From: Gaiellaceae bacterium | GTDB lineage: Bacteria > Actinomycetota > Thermoleophilia > Gaiellales > Gaiellaceae | Assembly: GCA_035575835.1 (NCBI GenBank) | Contig: DATLXM010000138.1 | Coordinates: forward strand, 9,702 to 33,701 | Reading direction: 5' to 3' | Length of the DNA: 24,000 bases | Program-made: the position numbers and the translations under genes | The notes under the pieces: generated by a model | Seen by the model: the letters and a program-made list of their open reading frames with translations, nothing else | Told to the model about the DNA's origin: nothing | Databases searched by the model: none | In this document: piece after piece, positions 15,374 to 22,561 of the stretch | Layout of the letters: the number at the start of each line of letters is the position of its first letter | Position numbering within the stretch: position 1 is the first letter of the stretch

Positions 15374-16248
15374 TCACCAGCGACTGAGAAACCGATTCGT
15401 GACAATCGCGATCAGAACCGCGAGCATCACCAGCCCGGCGGCTGTCTCCGCAACGATCACGGTTGACGAGTATTGGCTCTGATCAGCCGGCGAAGCGCCG
15501 AGAAAGAACAGGCTCGCTGCGAGTAGCGATGCAGCCAGCCCGACGCCGGTAGCTGCGAAGACGAGGCTGAAGAGTCCGACGATGGAGGCTGCAAAGATGA
15601 GCCAGCGCCCGATCGACAAGCCGAAGTCCGAAGCTGCGCCGAGGAACAGCAGCAACCCAAGAGCAGGGAGACGTCGATGCCAGGGCCATCCCTCGAGCTC
15701 ATGGAGCAACTGCTGAGTCGATACTGGTGCGCGCAATACGCTACGAACGGCGAGAGCTCCGCGCCAGAGGTGAACGTAGTCTGCGGATGTAGGCTGCCGC
15801 CTCGCGCGACGCGCAGGACCTCTCTCGTGCCGATCCGGCGGGAGGCGTCGAAGACCGTGTCGACGAGACGGGCACCGCGGAAGGACGCAAGATGAAGGTC
15901 TGCCCCGCTTAGATCCACGGCGACGAGTTCCGCGTCGTCGAAGCGCGCGTTGTAGAAGTGCGCGCCGAGAAAGCGACAATTGTGAATCTCGCTGTTCTGA
16001 AGCGTGGCGTTTCTGAAGAGCGCGCTCGGAAGGTCGCAGCCTCTGAACGTGACGCCCGTGAGCGACGCACCGGAGAAAGCGACCGGATGATCGACCGAGC
16101 GACAGCGCTCGACGCGCGCGCCATCCAGCTTGCACTCGGCGAGCGAGGTGTCCGAGAGGTCGCATTCGCGAAACCACGTGTTGCGGAGATCCTCGCCCCG
16201 AAGGTCCTTGCCGCGGAGCATCGCGCCCTCGTAGTCCGGGCCGGTCAC
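15374..16248 (-). pseudogene. Pentapeptide-repeat protein with a C-terminal 3-4 TM region. The reading frame is apparently broken (-1) between the two parts.
   Basis: GTG 16248 overlaps the upstream stop (GTGA) and has GGAGG 5 nt upstream. Residues ~9-137 form about 24 tandem pentapeptide units (KDLRG EDLRN TWFRE CDLSD ... SGADL HLASF RGARL VDTVF). This frame (ORF 15457..16362) then decays into a Ser/Cys-rich tail. The -1 frame (ORF 15374..16177) encodes LPALGLLLFLGAASDFGL, WLIFAASIVGLFSLVFAATGV, GLAASLLAASLFFLG and TVIVAETAAGLVMLAVLIAIV. The span of 875 nt is not a multiple of 3. Confidence 0.5.
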
Positions 16249-17169
16249 GAGAACCTCCGGGTGAACGCTGTCAGGGCGTTGTCCAGCATCACCGGAACGC
16301 GCGAGGCGCCGCTCTCCCGGAACCCGAGCAGGACCTCGCGGTTCAGCCCGTAGGGATCCCATACCGCCCGGACTGTCTGGGCGTCGGCGACCAGGCCGTG
16401 CTCCTCGTGCAGAGCTAGGAGCTCCCGATATCGCTCGGACCCCTTACTGATGCCGTCCGCGACCAGGAGGACGCTCCCAGGAGGCATTGCGGTCACGTAG
16501 GCGGCGCGGACGCGCGAGATGTCTGCCAACTGCTTGCCGAGAAGCGAGGTCAAGAAATGCTCGGTGATTACGTCTACAGGACCGAGTCCGCCGACGAACG
16601 CCGCGTCCCGAAGGTCGCCGACCGCGACCTCGATAGACGTGATCCGCGAGTGCGTGGCCGACTGCCTGGCGTCGCCGCGCAGGCGACGCCAGCGCCCCGG
16701 CCGCTCCGGCGCTCGGACAAGGGCACTGAGTGGTCCGGCGCAGCGATCTGCGACAACGACGTATATCCGGTGCATCCGCGAGCTCCGCGGCCCGCTCGAC
16801 GAGATCGAGGTAGGAGGAGTGGTGGGCGGGCCCGGCGACACCGGCTTCTAGGACGCGAATCGGGCGGACGCGTCGCTCCACGAACACAGCGACCAGCCGC
16901 TCGACCAGCCACTGGCGCTGCTCTTGCACGAGCGCCCAGCCGCCGGCCGGCGGTGTCTCCGAGGCGAAGAGCTCGGCCAGCCTCTTCAGGTCGGGTGTCC
17001 TCCGCAGAAACCCTGTCCTCTCGGTGGATTCCTCGAGCACGCCGTCGTTGATCTCGAAGGCGACGCACCGGAGGCGATCGCGGTGGTACGAGCAGTAGGC
17101 GACTAGTCCATCCGAGCTCACGCAGAGGTGCGCAGCGTCGTTCAGCTCGGCCTGAATCGTTTCGCTCAT
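16245..17169 (-). pseudogene. Hypothetical protein with a Rossmann / class I methyltransferase-like motif order. The reading frame is apparently broken (+1) near 16762-16766.
   Basis: ATG 17169 has AAGGA upstream. The frame of ORF 16444..17271 is protein-like up to ...RVLEAGVAGPAHHSSYLDLVERAAELADAPDI and then becomes Arg-rich nonsense. The +1 frame (ORF 16245..16841) continues YVVVADRCAGPL ... IEVAVGDLRD ... VDVITEHFLTSLL ... VLLVADG with high GC3. The span of 925 nt equals 3n+1. Confidence 0.5.
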
Positions 17170-17224
17170 ACCGGTGTCCTTGGCTGGGCGAAACCAGTCT
17201 CCTGCGACGGAACGAGCCGGGTGG

Positions 17225-18673
17225 CTAAGGGGCGAGCCCGACCCGCTTCCCCGCTTCGGCGAGCACGTCACCGAGGATCCCGGTCATCTCGTCGAACTCG
17301 GCCTGGCCTGCGACGAGCGGCGGCGAGATCTGAATCACGGGGTCGCCCCGGTCGTCCGCGCGGCAGATCAGGCCGCGCTGGAAGAGCTCGCCCGAGAGGA
17401 AGCCGCGCAGGAGCGTCTCGCACTCCTCGTCGGAGAAGCTCTCGCGCGTCTCCTTGTCCTTGACGAGCTCGAGTGCGTAGAAGTAGCCCGTGCCGCGGAC
17501 GTCGCCGACGATCGGGAGGTCGAGCAGGGTCTCGAGGGTCGAGCGGAACGCGCCCTCGTTCCCGAGCACCCGCTCCATGATCCCCTCGCGCTTCATGATC
17601 TCGATGTTCTTCAGCGCGATCGCCGACATGACCGGATGGCCTCCGAACGTGATCCCGTGCGAGAACATCGCGGAGCCTTCGAGGAAGGGCTGCATCACCT
17701 TGTCGGTCGTGACGACGGCACCGATCGCGGCGTAGGACGAGGAGAGGCCCTTCGCGCAGCAGACGATGTCCGGCCGGATGTCGTAGCGCTCCGAGGCGAA
17801 CCAGTGGCCGACGCGGCCGAAGCCGGTGATCACCTCGTCCGCGGAGAGGAGGATGTCGTACTTGTCGCAGAGGCCGCGCACGCCCTTCCAGTAGCCCGCC
17901 GGCGGGAGGAAGGCGCCCCCCGCGTTCTGGATCGGCTCCATGTGGACGAGGCAGACCGTCTCCGGCCCCATCGCGAGGATTGTGTTCTCCAGGTCCTCGA
18001 GCAGGAAGGCGGTGAACTGCTCCTCGGTCTCCTCGAAGGGCCTGTGGTAGCGGTTCGTGTTCCGGACATGGCGAACCTCGGGGACGAGCGGCTCGAAGGT
18101 CTCCTTGAGCGCCGGGATCCCGTTGATCGAGAGCGCCCCCATCGTCGTCCCGTGGTAGGCGATCTGGCGCGCGATCGCCTTGTACTTGCGCGGATGGGGC
18201 GTGCCGACGCGCTCGTCGCGGCGCGTCTCGTCCGAGGGGACGCCCTTGCCGCCGCGCGCGAGGTAGTACTGGCGCGCGAGCTTCCAGGCCGACTCGACCG
18301 CCTCGGAGCCGCCCGAGCAGAAGAAGACGCGGTTCAGGTCACCCGGCGCGAGCGACGCGATCTCGGTCGCCAGCTCGATCGCGCGTGGATGGGCGTACGA
18401 CCAGTTGGTGTAGAAGGGCAGCTCGCGCATCTGCTCGAGCGCGGCCTGCCCGATCTCCTCCCCGAACCCGTAGCCGAGGTTGACCGAGAAGAGCCCCGCG
18501 AGCGCGTCGAGGTAGCGGTTCCCCTTCGAGTCCTCGAGGTGGCAGCCGTCGCCGCGGACGATGATCGGCACCTCACCCGTTCCGTAGCCGCCCATCCGCG
18601 TGAAGTGCATCCAGAGGTGGTCCCGCGCTCCTCGCTGGAGATCCTGCGTGGTTGCGGTGGCTGACTCGGTCAT
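17225..18673 (-). CDS. Class III (omega) aminotransferase, probably putrescine or other amine:2-oxoacid transaminase
   Basis: 482 aa from ATG 18673, which overlaps the potC stop (ATGA). Motifs FFCSGGSEAVESAWKLAR, AYHGTTMGALS, DEVITGFGRVG and the PLP-lysine region CCAKGLSSSY. The upstream part of the 703-aa ORF is out of frame over potC. Confidence 0.9.
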   Translation of the reverse strand: MTESATATTQDLQRGARDHLWMHFTRMGGYGTGEVPIIVRGDGCHLEDSKGNRYLDALAGLFSVNLGYGFGEEIGQAALEQMRELPFYTNWSYAHPRAIELATEIASLAPGDLNRVFFCSGGSEAVESAWKLARQYYLARGGKGVPSDETRRDERVGTPHPRKYKAIARQIAYHGTTMGALSINGIPALKETFEPLVPEVRHVRNTNRYHRPFEETEEQFTAFLLEDLENTILAMGPETVCLVHMEPIQNAGGAFLPPAGYWKGVRGLCDKYDILLSADEVITGFGRVGHWFASERYDIRPDIVCCAKGLSSSYAAIGAVVTTDKVMQPFLEGSAMFSHGITFGGHPVMSAIALKNIEIMKREGIMERVLGNEGAFRSTLETLLDLPIVGDVRGTGYFYALELVKDKETRESFSDEECETLLRGFLSGELFQRGLICRADDRGDPVIQISPPLVAGQAEFDEMTGILGDVLAEAGKRVGLAP

Positions 18674-19461
18674 ACGGCTCCCTTCGAGCGGCGGATCTGG
18701 ACGAGGACGTTGACGAGCATGAGGCCGGCCGCGGCGAGGAAGATGATCGTCCCCATCACGTTCACCTGAGCCGGCACACCAACGCGCGCGGCGCCGTAGA
18801 CGTAGAGCGGGAACGTGATCGTCGAGCCGGAGTTGAAGTTCGTGATCACGAAGTCGTCGATCGAGAGCGCGAACGCGAGCAGCGCCCCAGCGAGGATCCC
18901 CGGGGCGATCAGCGGCAGGGTCACGCGCGTGAACGTGGTGAAGCCGTTCGCGCCGAGGTCCATCGCGGCCTCCTCGAGGTGGCGGTCGAAGCCGATGAGC
19001 CGCGCGCGCACCGTGACGACCACGAACGAGACGTTGAACATGATGTGGGCGAGCACGATCGTCCAGAAGCCGGTCGAGACGCCGAGGTTGAGAAACAGGG
19101 TCAGGAGCGACGCGCCCAGCACGACCTCGGGCGTCGTCAGCGGCAGGAAGATGAAGAGGTTCGTCGCTCCGCGGCCACGGAACGCGTAGCGGACGAGTGC
19201 GAGCGCGATCGGGACGCCGAGGAGCGTCGCCGTGAGCGAGGAGAGGAAGGCGATCTCGAGGCTCGCCCGCATCGCCTCGCCGAGGCCGGGGACGCCCAGG
19301 GGGTTCGCCCAGTTGTCGAGCGTGAAGCCCTCCCACGTGTAGTTGAAGCGGCCGACGGGGTCGTTGAACGAGAAGAGGACGACGACCGCGATCGGGAGCA
19401 TCAGGTACGCGAGGGCGAGCCCCGCGAAGCCGGTCAGCGCGTGGCGGCGGATGAGGGTCAC
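18670..19461 (-). CDS. potC: Spermidine/putrescine ABC transporter permease (PotC-like)
   Basis: 263 aa from GTG 19461, which overlaps the potB stop (GTGA). About 6 TM helices. EAA-loop region EEAAMDLGANGFTTFTRVTLPLIAPGI. Confidence 0.85.
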   Translation of the reverse strand: MTLIRRHALTGFAGLALAYLMLPIAVVVLFSFNDPVGRFNYTWEGFTLDNWANPLGVPGLGEAMRASLEIAFLSSLTATLLGVPIALALVRYAFRGRGATNLFIFLPLTTPEVVLGASLLTLFLNLGVSTGFWTIVLAHIMFNVSFVVVTVRARLIGFDRHLEEAAMDLGANGFTTFTRVTLPLIAPGILAGALLAFALSIDDFVITNFNSGSTITFPLYVYGAARVGVPAQVNVMGTIIFLAAAGLMLVNVLVQIRRSKGAV

Positions 19462-20315
19462 GCGGCGAGCCTCTCCGTCCCGAGCGCGCGGGTGTAGGCG
19501 AGGACGGCGACGAGGATCGCAGCCATCAGGACGAAGGACAGGGCGGCGGCCTGCCCGTAGTCGGTGATCACGAGGAACTTCGACTGGATCACGTTCCCGA
19601 TCATCGACTGGCGCGGAGTTCCGAGGAGCTCCGCGTTGATGAAGTCGCCGGCCGCCGGAATGAACGTGAGCAGGGTGCCCGCGACGACGCCAGGGAGCGA
19701 GAGCGGCAGGGTCACCCGGAGGAACGCCTGCAGCTTGCTCGAGTAGAGGTCCTCGGCGGCCTCGAGCAGGCGACTGTCCATCTGCTCCAGCGAGGCGTAG
19801 AGCGGGAGCGCCATGAACGGGAGGAAGTTGTAGGTGATCCCCGCGACGACCGCGGTCCCGGTCGCGAGCAGCCGCCCGCCGTCCTCGACCACCCCGATCC
19901 CGGTCAGCGTCCGGAGCACGAGCCCGTTGTCGGAGAGGATCGTCTGCCAGGCGAGTGTCCGGATCAGGTAGGTGACGAAGAAGGGCGCGATCACGAGCAG
20001 GAGGAGCAGGTTCTTCCAGCGACCGCCCCGAAACGCTATCCAGTAGACGAGCGGGTAGCTGATCAGGAGCGCGAGCACGGTCGCGATCCCGGCGTAGAGG
20101 AGCGACCGGACGAATTGCTCGTGGTACGCCGAGATCGCGTCCGTGTAGTTCGACCAGGCCCAGCTGAACGTGTAGCCGACGTCGACCGACCCCTCCTGGA
20201 GCGAGGTGTGCGCCAGGTAGTAGGTCGGGACGACGAAGAAGAGGGCGAGGAAGGCGAGGCCCGGCGCGAGCAGGAGATACGGGACGACCCACCTGTGCCG
20301 GTGGAGCAGGCTCAC
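19458..20315 (-). CDS. potB: Spermidine/putrescine ABC transporter permease (PotB-like)
   Basis: 285 aa. The GTG at 20315 abuts the potD stop. EAA-loop region LEAAEDLYSSKLQAFLRVTLPLSLPGV. Confidence 0.85.
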   Translation of the reverse strand: MSLLHRHRWVVPYLLLAPGLAFLALFFVVPTYYLAHTSLQEGSVDVGYTFSWAWSNYTDAISAYHEQFVRSLLYAGIATVLALLISYPLVYWIAFRGGRWKNLLLLLVIAPFFVTYLIRTLAWQTILSDNGLVLRTLTGIGVVEDGGRLLATGTAVVAGITYNFLPFMALPLYASLEQMDSRLLEAAEDLYSSKLQAFLRVTLPLSLPGVVAGTLLTFIPAAGDFINAELLGTPRQSMIGNVIQSKFLVITDYGQAAALSFVLMAAILVAVLAYTRALGTERLAA

Positions 20316-21494
20316 CTAGGCGCCGATCACGCTCTGGAACGCGGCCTTGTAGTCCTTGTTGTCGGCGGCCTCGGCGTCGAAAATCTTGACCTGCGCGAGC
20401 GTTTCCTCGCTCGGGAAGATCAGCTGGTTCTCGGCGAGGGAGGCGTCGATCGTCTTGATCTCCTCCCGGGCGCCTTCGACCGGGCAGATGTAGTTGACAT
20501 ACGCCTCGATCTGCGCCGCGACCTTTGGGTCGTAGACGTAGTTCATGAAGGTCGAGGCGGTGAAGATGTCGCCGCCCTTCGGGATCAGCATGTTGTCCGT
20601 CCAGATCATCCCGCCGGCCTCGGGGATCACGAACTCGAGCTTCGGGTTGTCGAGCTTGAGCTGAACCATGTCGCCGGACCAGGCGGTGCAGGCCCAGACG
20701 TCGCCCTTGGCCAGGAGCGGGGCGTAGTCGTTGCCGGTGAACTGGCGGATCTGCCCGTTGTCGACCGCCTTCTGGAGGCGGGCGATCCCCTTGTCGAACG
20801 CGGCCTTCTCGACCTTGGACGGGTCGTCGCCGTCGAGGCGGAGGAGCAGTCCCATCGTGTCCGGCATCTCGGTCAGGAACGAGACCTTCCCCTTCAGCTT
20901 CGGATCCTCGAGCAGCTGCTGGATCGAGGTGATCTCGCCGCCGAAGCGCTCCGGGTCGTAGCCGATCCCGGTCAGGCCGGACTGCCAGGGGAGCGAGTAG
21001 GAGCGGTCGGGATCCCAGCCCGGGCTCGCGAGCGCGGAGACCAGGTTGGAGGCGTTCGGGGTCGCGTTGCGGTCGAGCTTCTCGACGTAGCCGAGCCGCA
21101 CCATCCGGGCCGCCATCCAGTCGGTCAGCACGGTGATGTCGCGTCCGATCGGCTTGCCCTGGCGGAGCGCGGCCTGGTTCTTGCCGAACCATTCGTCGTT
21201 GTCGTTGACGTCCTCGATGTAGTCGACCTTCACACCGGTGTCGGCGGTGAACTGCTCGAGCGTCGGCCGCTTCTTCGTCTTCTCGTCGATGTCGATGTAG
21301 AGCGACCAGTTCGAGATCGTCAGCTTGTCCGCGAGCGTCTTGTCCGCGATCGTCGGGGTGCCGCCGGCCGTGGTCGCCGCACCCTCGATTCCCCCGTCGC
21401 CGCCGCAGGCCGCCAGGAAGCCGGGAATGGTCAGGACGGCGCCGCCGAGCGCGGCGCGCTCGAGCACCTCTCTTCTCGTGTACGGACGGGTCAT
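20316..21494 (-). CDS. potD: Polyamine (spermidine/putrescine) ABC transporter substrate-binding lipoprotein (PotD/PotF-like)
   Basis: 392 aa from ATG 21494, which overlaps the potA stop (ATGA). N-terminus MTRPYTRREVLERAALGGAVLTIPGFLAAC has a twin-arginine motif plus a lipobox Cys30. The body is PotD-like (NWSLYID, GYD, WTDNMLIPKG). Confidence 0.85.
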   Translation of the reverse strand: MTRPYTRREVLERAALGGAVLTIPGFLAACGGDGGIEGAATTAGGTPTIADKTLADKLTISNWSLYIDIDEKTKKRPTLEQFTADTGVKVDYIEDVNDNDEWFGKNQAALRQGKPIGRDITVLTDWMAARMVRLGYVEKLDRNATPNASNLVSALASPGWDPDRSYSLPWQSGLTGIGYDPERFGGEITSIQQLLEDPKLKGKVSFLTEMPDTMGLLLRLDGDDPSKVEKAAFDKGIARLQKAVDNGQIRQFTGNDYAPLLAKGDVWACTAWSGDMVQLKLDNPKLEFVIPEAGGMIWTDNMLIPKGGDIFTASTFMNYVYDPKVAAQIEAYVNYICPVEGAREEIKTIDASLAENQLIFPSEETLAQVKIFDAEAADNKDYKAAFQSVIGA

Positions 21495-22561
21495 GCGGGC
21501 TCCTCCTCGGGGGGATCGACGACGAATGTGCACTCGGGCTCCCACCCGAGCGTGATGCGGGCACCCGGAACCACCGGGGGCCCGCCGGACGCGCTGTTCT
21601 GCGCAAAGACGGTTATGCGGCCGGCTGCGGTGTCGACGAGCGCCTGCGTGGCGACGCCGATGTAGGCCGTCTCGGCGACCACGCCGGCAAGCGTGTTCTG
21701 GCCGCTTCCGTCGAGCCGGATCTTCTCGGGCCGGATCCCGGCTGCGACCCGGCCCGTGCGGCCGTTCGGCGCGACCGCGATCTCACTCCCGTCCGCGAGC
21801 CGGAGGCGCCCCGGGCTCTCGACGGTCGCGGCGAGGAGGTTGGAGATGCCGAGGAAGCTCGCGACGAAGGCGGTGTCGGGGCGCTCGTAGAGGTCGGCGG
21901 GCGCGCCGAGCTGCTCGACCTTGCCGCCGTTCATCACCGCGATCTGGTCGGCCATCGTCATCGCCTCCTCCTGGTCGTGCGTGACGTGGACGAAGGTGAT
22001 CCCCACGTCGGCCTGGATTCGCTTCAGCTCGAGCTGGAGCTGCTTGCGGAGCTTCAGGTCGAGTGCTCCGAGCGGCTCGTCGAGCAGGAGCACGCGAGGA
22101 TGGTTGACGAGCGCGCGCGCGAGCGCGACCCGCTGTTGCTGCCCGCCGGAGAGCTGCTGCGGCTTCCGCTTCTCGAGCCCGGCCACGTCGACGAGCTCCA
22201 TCGCCTCGCCGACTCGCTGCCGCAGCTCGGCCCGGGCCGTTCCCTTGCGGCGCAGGCCGAAGGAGATGTTCTCCCAGACGGTCAGGTGGGGGAAGAGCGC
22301 GTAGCTCTGGAAGACGGTGTTCACGTCGCGCTTGTGCGGGGGGAGGCCGACGACGTCGCGGTCGCCCAGGAAGATCGCGCCCTCGGTCGGCTCCTCGAAG
22401 CCGCCGATCATCCGGAGCGTCGTCGTCTTCCCGCACCCCGAGGGGCCGAGGAGGGCGAAGAACGAGCCGGACGGGATCTCGAGCGAGATCCCGTCCACGG
22501 CCGTCACGTCGTCGAAGCGCTTGACGACCCGGTCGAGCCTGACGTCCGCAGCCTCCGTCAA
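21491..22561 (-). CDS. potA: Spermidine/putrescine ABC transporter ATP-binding protein (PotA-like)
   Basis: 356 aa if the TTG at 22561 is the start; it overlaps the aldehyde dehydrogenase stop as TTGA. Walker A GPSGCGKTT, signature LSGGQQQRVALARAL, Walker B LLLDEPLGALD, and a C-terminal TOBE-like domain. The start codon is uncertain. Confidence 0.85.
   Translation of the reverse strand: MTEAADVRLDRVVKRFDDVTAVDGISLEIPSGSFFALLGPSGCGKTTTLRMIGGFEEPTEGAIFLGDRDVVGLPPHKRDVNTVFQSYALFPHLTVWENISFGLRRKGTARAELRQRVGEAMELVDVAGLEKRKPQQLSGGQQQRVALARALVNHPRVLLLDEPLGALDLKLRKQLQLELKRIQADVGITFVHVTHDQEEAMTMADQIAVMNGGKVEQLGAPADLYERPDTAFVASFLGISNLLAATVESPGRLRLADGSEIAVAPNGRTGRVAAGIRPEKIRLDGSGQNTLAGVVAETAYIGVATQALVDTAAGRITVFAQNSASGGPPVVPGARITLGWEPECTFVVDPPEEEPA

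Noticed and set aside
15640-15790. Programmed -1 ribosomal frameshifting as the explanation for the pentapeptide/TM frame change
   Set aside because: I can find no X-XXY-YYZ slippery heptamer and no obvious downstream pseudoknot or hairpin in the junction interval. An indel, either a real mutation or an assembly error, is the simpler explanation.
15790-15795. A fourth TAGGCT copy, on the plus strand inside the pentapeptide-repeat gene, as a possible antisense leaderless promoter
   Set aside because: No ATG, GTG or TTG follows at 6-8 nt, and the plus-strand ORF there (15677..15895) is nonsense. It is most simply a chance occurrence. It could only be revisited with TSS data.
16249-16362. ATG at 16362 as the start of the pentapeptide-repeat gene
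   Set aside because: It would overlap the upstream gene by 117 nt and add a non-repeat Arg-rich leader. GTG 16248, with GGAGG 5 nt upstream and a GTGA junction, is a much better start.
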